Shown one piece after another: positions 44,218-56,690 of a stretch of 64,000 nucleotides of DNA. A program made the translations under genes and the position numbers. Position 1 is the first letter of the stretch. Every line of letters begins with the position of its first letter. The stretch lies in the NCBI GenBank assembly GCA_963748895.1, contig CAVVKF010000001.1, positions 480,983 to 544,982 on the forward strand, read 5' to 3'. The notes beneath the pieces are model-generated. The model was given only the letters and a program-made list of their open reading frames with translations. It was not told the DNA's origin and did no database searches. The stretch is from an uncultured Solirubrobacterales bacterium (GTDB taxonomy: Bacteria > Actinomycetota > Thermoleophilia > Solirubrobacterales > Solirubrobacteraceae).

Positions 44218-45057
44218 ATGGAGACTGGCCACGAGTTAGAATTACCGCAGGGAAAGATCCGCTATCGCGACACCGGCGAGGGCAAGCCGCTCGTGTTTGT
44301 GCACGGCCTGCTCGTGGACGGCCTGCTGTGGCGTAAGGTCACACCTCTGCTGGAGGGCGAGTTTCGCTGCATCGTGCCCGACTGGCCGCTGGGCTCGCAT
44401 CGAATCCCCCTGGCCCCGTCGGCCGATCGCTCGCCCCGCGGCATGGCGCACCTGATCGCCGGTTTTCTGGAGGCGATGAAGTTGGAGGACGTGACGTTGG
44501 TCGCCAACGACACCGGCGGCGCGATCGCACAGCTGCTCGTGACCGAACGTCCCGAGCGGATCGGTCGGCTGGTGCTGACGCCTTGCGACTGCTACGAGAA
44601 CTTCTTCCCGCCTATGTTCAAACCGCTGCAATGGCTCGCGCGGGTCCCGAGCGCGCTGACACTGGCCGCGCAGCCGATGCGCAGCGCCGCTGTGCGCCGC
44701 TCCTCGCTGGGCTTCGGCCTGCTGACCAAGCGTCCGATTCCCCAAGAGATCACGTGGGGGTGGATCGAGCCGTCCCTGACCGATCGCGACGTGCGGCGTG
44801 ACGTGGTCGGGTTGCTGCGCAGGGTCGATTCGCGCGACACTCTCGCTGCGGCGAAGAAGCTGCGCGACTTCGATCGCCCGACGCTAATCGCCTGGGCGCG
44901 CGAGGACATCGTCTTCAGGCCGCGCTATGCCGAACGCCTGGCCCGCGACATCCCGAATGCGCGGGTGGAGTGGATCGAGGACAGCCGGTCGTTCGTATCC
45001 GAGGACCGGCCCGAGCGTCTCGCGGAACTGATCGGCGCGTTTTTGCGGGAGTCCTAG
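44218..45057 (+). CDS. Alpha/beta hydrolase with Asp nucleophile (epoxide hydrolase/dehalogenase-like)
   Basis: FVHGL, PLGSH, nucleophile elbow ANDTGG. Confidence 0.8.
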   Translation: METGHELELPQGKIRYRDTGEGKPLVFVHGLLVDGLLWRKVTPLLEGEFRCIVPDWPLGSHRIPLAPSADRSPRGMAHLIAGFLEAMKLEDVTLVANDTGGAIAQLLVTERPERIGRLVLTPCDCYENFFPPMFKPLQWLARVPSALTLAAQPMRSAAVRRSSLGFGLLTKRPIPQEITWGWIEPSLTDRDVRRDVVGLLRRVDSRDTLAAAKKLRDFDRPTLIAWAREDIVFRPRYAERLARDIPNARVEWIEDSRSFVSEDRPERLAELIGAFLRES

Positions 45058-45797
45058 ACGCCCACGGGCGCGGGGAACCACTCGGCGGGCAGCACGCCCG
45101 CCTCGACCTCGCCGATCATCGGCGGGAACCACTTCGTCAGCTGGGCCGCGGGGTGATTCTCGATCAGGGGGCGCATGTCGCCGATGCTCAGCAGCAGCCT
45201 GATCGTGCTGCCGATCTGCAGGTCGGCAGCGTTTGGACGCTCGCTTCCGAGCACGCCCTCGGCGATCCAGCCGTCGATCCGCTCGAGCTGACGCGGGAGC
45301 GCGGCGAGGCTCGCGCGGGCGCTCGCGTCGTTCGAGCCTCCCCGGTGCGCGATCAGCCGGGCGGTGAGCGGCATCGCCGGGCGCATCAGCGAGATCGGCA
45401 GCGGCAGCTTTGCGTCGCCGACGTAGCTCTCCATAGCTGCCGGCCTGCGGACCAGGCCTGTGCCGAGGATGTGGCGGGGCACGTCCTGGAAGACCTCATC
45501 GCCCCAGCGCTCGATCTCCAGCACGCGCGCGTACAGCGGGTCGCCGGGCGGTGGCAGCAGCGGCGGCTCGGGCTTCAGCTCGTCGAGGCGGCGCATGATC
45601 GTGCGCGAGCCCACGAGCTTCTCGCCGTCGATCCGCATCCCCGGCACCGTCGGCCCGCCGTAGCGCAGCGGTCCGATCAGTATCTGGGTCATCGGCAGCA
45701 GGTCGACACGGTCGTAGTCGATCGACTTCAACGCCAGCGCGGCTTCCACGGCGGCGCATGGGTGCGAGCCCGGAAGCACGTACAGCTTCGACTTCAT
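45054..45797 (-). CDS. Glutathione S-transferase-family protein
   Basis: SHPC, TVPG, GSR.I; C-terminal NAADLQI. Confidence 0.7.
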   Translation of the reverse strand: MKSKLYVLPGSHPCAAVEAALALKSIDYDRVDLLPMTQILIGPLRYGGPTVPGMRIDGEKLVGSRTIMRRLDELKPEPPLLPPPGDPLYARVLEIERWGDEVFQDVPRHILGTGLVRRPAAMESYVGDAKLPLPISLMRPAMPLTARLIAHRGGSNDASARASLAALPRQLERIDGWIAEGVLGSERPNAADLQIGSTIRLLLSIGDMRPLIENHPAAQLTKWFPPMIGEVEAGVLPAEWFPAPVGV

Positions 45798-45856
45798 CCC
45801 GCAATATCGGCTTCGCGCCGCCTCGTCGCCAAGCTCGTCAGCATAATGCCTCCTCA

Positions 45857-46621
45857 ATGCTCCTGGTCGTCGACGTCGGAAATACCCAGACCCACTTCGG
45901 GGCGTTCCGTGGCGGGGAGCTGCTCGAGCACTGGCGCTTTGCGACCGTCCGCCAGTCCACCGCCGACCAGCTGGGCGCGGCGCTGCGCAACTTGCTGGAG
46001 CTGCGCGGCTGCTCCTTCGAGGACCTGGAAGCGTCGATCGTGTCCTCGACCGTGCCTCAGCTCGAGCCCGAATGGGCGGCGATGGCCAAACGCTACCTCG
46101 GCCACGAGATGCTCGTGGTCGGCCCCGGGACGAAGACAGGAATGGCGATCCGCTACGACAACCCTCGCGAGATCGGCGCGGATCGGCTGGTGAACGCCGT
46201 GGCGATCCGCGAGCGCTTCGGTGGCCCCGCGGTGTGCGTCGACTTCGGCACCGCGACGACGTTCGACGTCGTCTCGCGCGAGGGCGAGTACCTCGGCGGG
46301 TCGCTGATGACCGGCATCGAGATCTCACTCGAGGCGCTCTCCGAGCGTGGCGCCCGGCTACCGAAGATCGACTTGGCGCCACCGAAGAGCGTGATTGGCA
46401 AGAACACGGTCGACGCGATCCGCTCAGGCGTCGTGTTCGGCTATGCGGGCGCGGTCGACGCGATCCTGCGCCGTCTGTACGACGAGCTCGGCGAGCGTGC
46501 GGCCGTGATCGCCACCGGCGGGCTGGCAGGGCTCGTGGTGCCCTACACCGAGGAGATCGAGGAGGTCGACGAGCTGCTGACGCTCACCGGGCTGCGGTTG
46601 CTGCACGAGCGCAACTCGTAA
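45857..46621 (+). CDS. coaX: Type III pantothenate kinase
   Basis: DVGNTQT, EIGADR, VDFGTATT, ATGG. Confidence 0.93.
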   Translation: MLLVVDVGNTQTHFGAFRGGELLEHWRFATVRQSTADQLGAALRNLLELRGCSFEDLEASIVSSTVPQLEPEWAAMAKRYLGHEMLVVGPGTKTGMAIRYDNPREIGADRLVNAVAIRERFGGPAVCVDFGTATTFDVVSREGEYLGGSLMTGIEISLEALSERGARLPKIDLAPPKSVIGKNTVDAIRSGVVFGYAGAVDAILRRLYDELGERAAVIATGGLAGLVVPYTEEIEEVDELLTLTGLRLLHERNS

Positions 46622-46653
46622 TCCGGCGGCGGCTCATGCCCATAATGGACGCG

Positions 46654-47724
46654 ATGTCACGCCAGCTCACTGACCCCTGGATGCTCGGCCCCCTGGAGGT
46701 GCCCAACCGCGTTCTCTTGGCCCCGCTGGCCGGAATCGGCAACTGGTTCGTGCGGTTGCAGGCCAAGCGCTACGGCGCGGGGATGGCGGTGTCGGAGATG
46801 GTCTCCTCGCACGCGATCTACCACCAGAATGAGCGCACCTGTAACGAGATGTTGCGGATCCACCCCGAGGAGCAAGAACCGGTCTCGCCCGCCCCGGGTC
46901 CGACTGGCGGTCCCGCCGGGGTCGTATCGATCCAGCTGTTCGGCGAGGACCCCGCGGTGATGCACGCGGCCGCGTCGCGCGTGGCAGCGGCGGGGGCCGA
47001 CGTGATCGACATCAACATGGGCTGCCCGGTGCCGAAGGTGCAGAAGACCGGCGCCGGCGCCGCGCTGCTGGCCGACCCCGACCTGGCGGTCGCCGTCGCC
47101 CGCGCCGCCCGCGAGGGCTCAGAAGGCCTGCCGGTGACGGTCAAGCTGCGCTCGGGCCAGCGTCCGGGAGAAACAAGCGGCTTCGATCTGGCCCACCGCC
47201 TGGTGGCCGAGGCCGGGGTGGCCGCGATCGGCTTTCACCCGCGCTCGGCGGCGGTTCACCACAAAGGCGTCCCCGACTACGAGCTGGCCGCGCGCCTGGT
47301 CAACTCGCTCGACGCGCCGGTGATCCTGACCGGCGGCCTGAACGAGCCCGAGCAGATCGAACAGGCCTTCCACAGCACCGGCGCCGCGGCCGTGATGCTC
47401 GCGCGCGGCGCGCTCGGCAATCCGTGGCTGTTCGAGCAGTTGCTCGGCTCGCGCCGGGTGCAGCCGAACAGGGAGGAGGTGCTCGCGGAGCTGAACTGGA
47501 CGATCGACCGCGCCGTCGAGCACCTCGGCGAGGCCCGCGCGACGCGCTACCTGCGCAAGTTCTACCCATGGTATGTCCAGCGCCTGGAACTGGAGGACCG
47601 CCAGACGGCAAAGGAACTGCAAGCCGCGCTGCAGGCCGCGGAGACGCTTCCAGAGGCTCGAAATCGGCTCGCTATACTGCTGCGCCCCCGCCAGCTCGCG
47701 GGGTTTTCTGCTGTCTCGACCTAG
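46654..47724 (+). CDS. dusB: tRNA-dihydrouridine synthase
   Basis: LAPLAG, SEMV, QLFG, IDINMGCPVPKV...GAGAALL, VTVKLR, RGALGNPW. Confidence 0.88.
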   Translation: MSRQLTDPWMLGPLEVPNRVLLAPLAGIGNWFVRLQAKRYGAGMAVSEMVSSHAIYHQNERTCNEMLRIHPEEQEPVSPAPGPTGGPAGVVSIQLFGEDPAVMHAAASRVAAAGADVIDINMGCPVPKVQKTGAGAALLADPDLAVAVARAAREGSEGLPVTVKLRSGQRPGETSGFDLAHRLVAEAGVAAIGFHPRSAAVHHKGVPDYELAARLVNSLDAPVILTGGLNEPEQIEQAFHSTGAAAVMLARGALGNPWLFEQLLGSRRVQPNREEVLAELNWTIDRAVEHLGEARATRYLRKFYPWYVQRLELEDRQTAKELQAALQAAETLPEARNRLAILLRPRQLAGFSAVST

Positions 47725-47747
47725 AACCCTAACCCGCGAAGGGTCAC

Positions 47748-48233
47748 ATGCCGAAGGACGTAATCCTCACCCCTGAAGGATTGGAGAAGCTCAACGACGA
47801 GCTCGAGCTGCTCTCGACCGCGAAGCGCCGCGAGGTGGCCGAACGGATCAAGGAGGCGCGCGAGTTCGGGGACATCACCGAGAACTCCGAGTACGACGAC
47901 GCGAAGAACGAGCAGGCGATGGTCGAGAGCCGCATCGCGCAACTGGAGGAGCGTCTGCGGATGGCGACGGTGATCGAGACGAAGGACCTCTCGACCGACA
48001 TGGTGCAGGTCGGCTCGGTCGTGCACGTGAAGGACGAGAAGACGGGCAAGTCGGTCAAGTACACGATCGTCGGCTCGGCGGAGGCCAAGCCCGAGGAGAA
48101 CAGGCTCTCCAACGAGTCCCCAGTCGGCCGCGCGCTGCTGGGCCACAAGCGTAACGAGACGGTCGCCGTAAAGGTCCCGCGCGGGCCCGCGCGCAAGTTG
48201 AAGATCACGAAGATCGACGTCGGTCTCAAGTAA
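47748..48233 (+). CDS. greA: Transcription elongation factor GreA
   Basis: AREFGDITENSEYDDAK, SNESPVG.ALLG. Confidence 0.95.
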   Translation: MPKDVILTPEGLEKLNDELELLSTAKRREVAERIKEAREFGDITENSEYDDAKNEQAMVESRIAQLEERLRMATVIETKDLSTDMVQVGSVVHVKDEKTGKSVKYTIVGSAEAKPEENRLSNESPVGRALLGHKRNETVAVKVPRGPARKLKITKIDVGLK

Positions 48234-48243
48234 CCTCGCCGCG

Positions 48244-49734
48244 ATGAGCGGCGATGACGAGCCCGAGACGGACAGCAGTGCCCGGCACGGCCTGAACGAG
48301 CTGATCGCTGAGCGCCGCGCGAAGGCGCTGCGGCTGAAGGAGTCCGACCCCGAGGCTTTCCCCTACTCGTTTCCAGGGGCAGAGCCGATCGCGGCGATCA
48401 TCGACGCCTACGCTCACCTGACCGCCGGCGAGGAGACCGAGGACGCCCACCGCGTCGCCGGTCGGATCGCCGCGCGGCGGGGCTCCGGCAAGGCCGCGTT
48501 TCTCGACCTCGTCGACCGCACGGGCAAGATCCAGCTACATGCACGCGTGGACGTGCTCGGCGAGGACCCCTTCGCGCGGCTGAGCACGCTCGATCTGGGC
48601 GATCTGATCGGTGTCGACGGCGCGGTGCTGCGCAGCCGCCGCGGCGAGCTGTCGCTGCGTGTCGATCGCTTTCAGATCCTCGCCAAGGCGCTGCGTCCGC
48701 CGCCCGACAAGTATCACGGTCTCAGCGACGTCGAGACCCGCTACCGCCGGCGCGAGCTCGACCTGATCGCAAGCGAGGACGCCCGCAAGTTGTTCATCGA
48801 CCGCGCGCGGATCATCTCGGCGATCCGCGCCTATCTCGACGGGCATGGTTTCGTCGAGGTCGAGACGCCGGTCCTGCAGCCGCTCTACGGCGGCGCGCTG
48901 GCGCGGCCGTTCACGACGCACCACAACGCGCTCGACCGCGACCTGTACTTGAGGATCGCCACCGAGCTGTATCTCAAGCGCCTGCTTGTCGGGGGCTTGG
49001 AGAAGGTGTACGAGCTGGGCAAGGACTTCCGCAACGAGGGCCTCTCGCCGAAGCACAACCCCGAGTTCACGGTGGTCGAGTTCTACGAGGCCTATGTCGA
49101 CTACAACGACGCGGCGGCCCGTCTGGAACAGCTCGTGGGCGCTGCGGCTATGGCAGTCGAGTACGCGGGCGAGCTCGACTTCTCGACCACGCCCTGGCGC
49201 CGCGTGAGCTTCGCCGGCGCAATCCAGGACGCGACCGGGATCGACGTGCGCGCCCATCGCGAGGGGGACGATCTGCGCGCGGCGATCGCAGAGCGCGGCC
49301 TGGACATGCCGACCGAGGGCCTCACCTGGCCGCAGCTGGCCGATGATCTACTGTCGAAGTACGTCGAGCCGACCCTGACTCAGCCGACATTCGTCTTCGA
49401 CTACCCGATCGAGCTCTCCCCGCTCGCCCGCGAGCACCGCTCCGAGCCGGGCTTGGTTGAGCGCTGGGAGGCGTTCGCCGGCGGGATCGAGATTGCCAAT
49501 GCGTTCAGCGAGCTGATCGACGCGGACGTCCAACGCGAGCGCTTCCGCGCCCAGGAGCGCCTGGGAACGCTCGGCGAGGAGGTCCAGCCATACGACGAGC
49601 TGTTCGTGCAGGCGCTCGAGCAGGGGATGCCGCCGGCCGGTGGGGTCGGGGTGGGGATCGACCGGCTCGTGATGCTGTTGACCGGACGCGACTCGATCCG
49701 CGAGGTCGTGCTGTTCCCGGCAATGCGCGACTGA
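48244..49734 (+). CDS. lysS: Lysine--tRNA ligase (class II)
   Basis: RYRRRELDLI, GGALARPF.THHN, FRNEG...KHNPEFT, GIDRLVM. Confidence 0.95.
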   Translation: MSGDDEPETDSSARHGLNELIAERRAKALRLKESDPEAFPYSFPGAEPIAAIIDAYAHLTAGEETEDAHRVAGRIAARRGSGKAAFLDLVDRTGKIQLHARVDVLGEDPFARLSTLDLGDLIGVDGAVLRSRRGELSLRVDRFQILAKALRPPPDKYHGLSDVETRYRRRELDLIASEDARKLFIDRARIISAIRAYLDGHGFVEVETPVLQPLYGGALARPFTTHHNALDRDLYLRIATELYLKRLLVGGLEKVYELGKDFRNEGLSPKHNPEFTVVEFYEAYVDYNDAAARLEQLVGAAAMAVEYAGELDFSTTPWRRVSFAGAIQDATGIDVRAHREGDDLRAAIAERGLDMPTEGLTWPQLADDLLSKYVEPTLTQPTFVFDYPIELSPLAREHRSEPGLVERWEAFAGGIEIANAFSELIDADVQRERFRAQERLGTLGEEVQPYDELFVQALEQGMPPAGGVGVGIDRLVMLLTGRDSIREVVLFPAMRD

Positions 49735-49744
49735 TGCTGTCGTT

Positions 49745-49840
49745 CCTGGCGGCGCATGCGCGGTCCGGGGCAGGGTCGCATGCGGCACGTCTCCGGTGGG
49801 CGCATGCGCCCACCGGTCGCCTCGCACATGTGCGAGGCCG
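49745..49840. repeat. Array of four palindromes at an exact 24-bp period
   Basis: CGCATGCG at 49753, 49777, 49801 and CACATGTG at 49825; perfect 24-bp and 20-bp palindromes at 49793-49816 and 49819-49838. Confidence 0.75.
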
Positions 49841-49965
49841 ACACCCAAAGAGGACCGGCGCATCCCAACTGCGGAAGGTCTCCCGGCCGGTTGGTAGACT
49901 GCCCAGGAGTCTTAACCAGGACCACATAGCGCTTGAGGCACGACCCTCGAGGAAGGAAATAGACC

Positions 49966-52542
<2,577 letters not shown>

Positions 52543-52628
52543 GCGTCCCCCGCGCGCGTTTGTCTGCCCGGGGTCGTCGTATCAGCCTGAAAGCCGTAGC
52601 CGTCCCAAGCGACGCGTAGGCTGAGGAG

Positions 52629-54090
52629 ATGGCGCGCGGAACGATCCAGGTCTGCTCGGAGTGCGGTTACCAAACCGCCCAGTGGCTCGGGCAATGCCCC
52701 GGCTGCGAGGCGTGGAACACGCTCGTCGAAGAGTGTATCCCGACCGCGCGCGGCGCGAATCGACGTGCCGGTGCCAGTGGGCGTGGCCGCGGCGCCCGCG
52801 CGGCGGGTGTGGGCGGCACGGCTGGCGGGGCCGCCGCGGGACTGGGGCTCGCGCCACGCTTGCTTAGCGAGGTCGGCACCGCGCCGGTCCAGCGCATGAG
52901 CACGGGTATCGGCGAGCTCGATCGCGTGCTGGGCGGCGGACTCGTCCCGGGCTCGCTGGTGCTGCTGGGCGGCTCGCCGGGGATCGGCAAGTCGACGCTG
53001 ACGAACATGGTGCTCGGCAACCTGGCCGGGGCGGGACGGCGCACGCTGTATGTGAGTGGCGAGGAGTCCGCCGAGCAGGTGAGGCTGCGCGCCGAGCGGC
53101 TCGTGTTGGACCCGGCGCACCCGGCGGGCTCGGCGTTGAAGGTCCCGATCCTCGCGGAGACAGACCTCGACACCGTGCTTGGCACACTCGCCGGTGAGTC
53201 CCCCGACGTGTGTGTGATCGACTCCGTGCAGACGCTTGAACGCCGCCGAGCTGACCGGTGCGCCGGGCTCTGTCGGACAGGTGCGAGAGGTGGCGGGCCG
53301 GATAATGGAGCTGGCGAAGGCGCGCCAGATCGCGGTGATCCTCGTTGGACACGTGACCAAGGACGGCGCGCTGGCGGGCCCGCGCGTGCTGGAGCACCTG
53401 GTCGACTGCGTGCTGCAGTTCGAGGGCGAGCGCGAGCGCCCCTACCGCGAGCTGAGGGCGCTCAAGAACCGCTTCGGTTCGACCAACGAGGCGGGGCTGT
53501 TCGAGATGCGCCAGGGCGGCCTGGTGGAGGTGCTGGACGCCTCCGCGCGATTCGTCGCCGAGGCCACGCGCGCGCCGGGGAGCGTCGTGCTGGCGGCGAT
53601 GGAGGGCTCGCGTCCGCTGCTCGTCGAGGTGCAGGCACTGGTCGCGCCTTCGGAGCTCGAGCAGCCGCGGAGGGTCGTCTCGGGTATGGACCGCAACCGC
53701 TTGGCGCTGGTGCTGGCGATCCTCGGTCGCCACGGCCGTGTCGGCACAGGCGGCGCGGACGTGTTCGTGAACGTCGTCGGCGGCATGCGCGTGGACGAGC
53801 CGGGCGTCGACCTGGCGGTCGCGCTGGCGGTCGCGAGCGCGAGCCGCGGCGTGCCGTTGAAGGGAACTCCGCGAGCGTGCTTCGGCGAGCTCGGGCTCAC
53901 TGGCGAGCTGCGCTGGGTCGGTCATCCTGAGCGTCGGCTCGCAGAGGCGGCAAAGCATGGTCTGGCGGGCACGATCGCCCCAACGGGCAGCGGCGAGGGC
54001 GCCTGCGAGGTCGCCACGCTGCGCGATGCCCTGCGGGCGGCATTGCCGGCCGGCGAGCGCGATCAGCGGCCGCTGACCGTGATCGCGTAG
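52629..54090 (+). CDS. radA: DNA repair protein RadA/Sms; indel near 53237
   Basis: C..C....W.G.CP.C..WNT zinc finger, GG.PGIGKST, KNRFG. Confidence 0.92.
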
Positions 54091-54223
54091 TCCGCGTCGT
54101 AATCCGGGTGTCTCCATAGCCGACGGGTGCGCCTGTGTCAAGGCGCGTGGGTTTGGACAGGATGGACGGATGTCCAGGCGGGGAGCGGCTTAACAAAGGC
54201 TAAATGCCCTAAAATGGGCGATC

Positions 54224-55333
54224 GTGCCCCTGCGTTCCGGTGAAGATTTCGATGTAGAAGCGAGGCCGGAGCCGGGATTGATGAAGGCGCTGGAGATGAT
54301 CGCGCCCGGGACGGCGTTGCGCGAGGGCATCGAGAGCATCCTCGATTCGCATACCGGCGGGCTGATCGTGATCGGCGAGCCGGAGGACCTCAGCTTCCTG
54401 AACTCGGGCGGGATCAAGCTCGACATCGATTACACGCCCGCGTTCCTCTACCAGGTGGCGAAGATGGACGGCGCGATCATTCTCAACGCGAACGCGACGA
54501 AGATCACGATGGCAAACGTCCAGCTGATGCCCGACCCGACGATCCTCTCGCACGAGACGGGCACCCGCCACCGCACGGCCGAGCGCGTGTCCAAGCAGAC
54601 CGATGCGCTCGTGATCGCCGTCTCGCAGCGTCGCGAGGTCGTGTCGGTGTATGTGGACGGGACGAAGTACGTGCTCGAGGACATCCCGGTGGTGCTGGCG
54701 AAGGCCAACCAGGCGCTGGCGACGCTCGACAAGTACCGCACGCGCCTGGACCAGGTGTCCACACGGCTGACCGCGCTGGAGTTCGAGGGCGGCGCGATGC
54801 TGCACGACGTGCTGACGGTGATGCAGCGCTCGGAGCTCGTGACGCGGATGGCGGTCGAGATCGAGCGCTACATCGTCGAGCTGGGCAGCGAGGGCCGCTT
54901 GATCGAGATGCAGCTCGAGGAGACGATGGTGGGCACCGCCGCCGAGAAGGCGGCGCTCGTGCGCGACTATCTGTCGAGCGACTCCGATGAGGCGTTCGCC
55001 GCGGCGCTGGAGGAGATCGGGCGGCTCGCACACCAGGACCTGCTCGACTTCGGGCGGCTCGCCGAGCTGCTCGGGTACGACCGCAAGCTGAACACGCTCG
55101 ACTACCCCGTCTCGCCGCGCGGCTACCGGGTGCTGGGGCGCATCCCGCGGCTGCCGCGACTGGCGGTCGCTCAGATCGTGAGCGAGTTCGGCGGCCTGGA
55201 CGAGCTGCTGGCCGCCGGCGACGCCGACCTGGAGGCGGTCGAGGGTGTGGGGGAGATCAGGGCGAAGGACATCCGCGAGGGCCTGCGCAGGCTGCAGGAG
55301 ATCAACCTCGTGGACCGCTACCTGCAGACTTGA
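54224..55333 (+). CDS. disA: DNA integrity scanning diadenylate cyclase DisA
   Basis: APGT.LREG, KMDGA, GTRHRTAER, C-terminal HhH VEGVG. Confidence 0.94.
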   Translation: MPLRSGEDFDVEARPEPGLMKALEMIAPGTALREGIESILDSHTGGLIVIGEPEDLSFLNSGGIKLDIDYTPAFLYQVAKMDGAIILNANATKITMANVQLMPDPTILSHETGTRHRTAERVSKQTDALVIAVSQRREVVSVYVDGTKYVLEDIPVVLAKANQALATLDKYRTRLDQVSTRLTALEFEGGAMLHDVLTVMQRSELVTRMAVEIERYIVELGSEGRLIEMQLEETMVGTAAEKAALVRDYLSSDSDEAFAAALEEIGRLAHQDLLDFGRLAELLGYDRKLNTLDYPVSPRGYRVLGRIPRLPRLAVAQIVSEFGGLDELLAAGDADLEAVEGVGEIRAKDIREGLRRLQEINLVDRYLQT

Positions 55334-55367
55334 TCACAGACGTGACGAAGACTTGACCAAGACGTGA
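55326..55367 (+). repeat. Four phased direct repeats AGAC(T/G)TGA upstream of carD
   Basis: Copies start at 55326, 55338, 55349 and 55360 (12/11/11-bp spacing). Confidence 0.7.
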
Positions 55368-55410
55368 GACACGGGCCGTCCGACGGTCGGCCGCAACGAA
55401 GGAGGACATC

Positions 55411-56000
55411 ATTCCGCCACAAGCAACCGCAGAGGTATCGCTGATCGAGGAGCTCGAGGTCACTCGCGAGGTCGAGTTCATCGAGTTCGAGCTCGGCGAC
55501 CAGGTCGTCTATCCCCACCACGGCGCCGGCAAGGTGCTGAAGAAGGAGGAGATGGAGATGCTCGGTGAAACCCGCGAGTATCTGACGATCAAGATCCTGC
55601 ACAACGACATGACGGTGCGGGTTCCCACCGAGAACGCCGCGATCGCCGGCCTGCGCAGGGTGATCGACGAGGAAACCGTGAAGAAGGTGCTGGACGTGCT
55701 CCGGGACGACGGTCTCGGAGATGCCGAAGAACTGGAACCGGCGCTTCAAGCACAACCGCGACAAGATCAAGACCGGCGACATCTACGAGCTGGCGGAGGT
55801 CGTGCGCAACCTCTCGCTGCGCGAGTCCGAGAAGGGTCTGTCGACCGGCGAGAAGCAGATGTTCACGCGTTCCAAGAAGATCCTTGCCTCCGAGCTGATG
55901 TATGCGCTCGACAAGGACGAGGAAGAGGCCGAGAACTACCTCGACGAGCTGCTCGCCAACTCGGCCACCAGCCAGATGGCCGTGCGCCGCGGCCGAGTAG
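55411..56000 (+). CDS. carD: CarD-family transcriptional regulator; indel near 55711; apparent non-canonical ATT start
   Basis: FELGDQVVYPHHGAG, VRVP.....GLR, NWNRRFK, AEVVRNL, GLSTGEKQM; SD AAGGAGG 55399-55405. Confidence 0.85.
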
Positions 56001-56015
56001 CGAGGCTTCGCGCGG

Positions 56016-56678
56016 TTGACGCTGATCGTTGCCGCCGGGCAGCGGCGAGCGTCTCGGGACGGATGCGTCCCAAGGCGCTCGTCGAGCTCGCGGGGCGCCC
56101 GCTCGTGCAGTGGAGCGTCGACGCCCTCCGCGCCGTTGCAGCGATCGAGCAGATCGTCGTGGCTCTACCCGTGGGCGCGGACGCGCCGGTGGGCACGAGC
56201 GGCGTGCAGGGCGGGGCGGTGCGCTCGGAGTCTGTGCGCTTGGCGCTCGCGGCGGCCGGGGGTGGGCGAGACCAGGATCTGGTGCTGGTCCACGACGCGG
56301 CGCGCCCGCTCCTCACGACGGAGCTGGCATCGGCCACGATCCGGCGCTCTCGAAGCTGACGAGAGCATCGACGGCACGATCGCCGCGGTGCCGCTGACCG
56401 ACACCGTCAAGCGGGTGAGGGACGGAGTGGTGCGCGAGACGCTGAACCGAAGCGAGCTGTGGGCGGTGCAGACGCCGCAGGTCTTCCGCCGCGCGGCGCT
56501 GGAACGGGCGCTGGACGTGCCGCAGGAGGTGCTGGCCCAGGCCACCGACGATGCCTGGCTGATCGAACGCGCGGGGGGTCGGGTGGGGGTTGTGGAGTCC
56601 TCGAGCGAGAACCTGAAGGTCACCACGCCGCTGGACCTTGCGCTGGCCGAGATGCTGCTGGCCTCGCGGGCTGCTTGA
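56016..56678 (+). CDS. ispD: 2-C-methyl-D-erythritol 4-phosphate cytidylyltransferase; indels; start approximate
   Basis: AAG.G.R, GG..RSESV, VLVHDAARP, QTPQ.F, TDD, NLKVTTP.D. Confidence 0.88.
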   Translation: MTLIVAAGQRRASRDGCVPRRSSSSRGARSCSGASTPSAPLQRSSRSSWLYPWARTRRWARAACRAGRCARSLCAWRSRRPGVGETRIWCWSTTRRARSSRRSWHRPRSGALEADESIDGTIAAVPLTDTVKRVRDGVVRETLNRSELWAVQTPQVFRRAALERALDVPQEVLAQATDDAWLIERAGGRVGVVESSSENLKVTTPLDLALAEMLLASRAA

Positions 56679-56690
56679 ATCGCGGCGGCG

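Noticed and set aside
49745-49840. CRISPR array
   Set aside because: Constant part is only 8 bp, period 24 bp, no unique spacers of normal length and no cas genes
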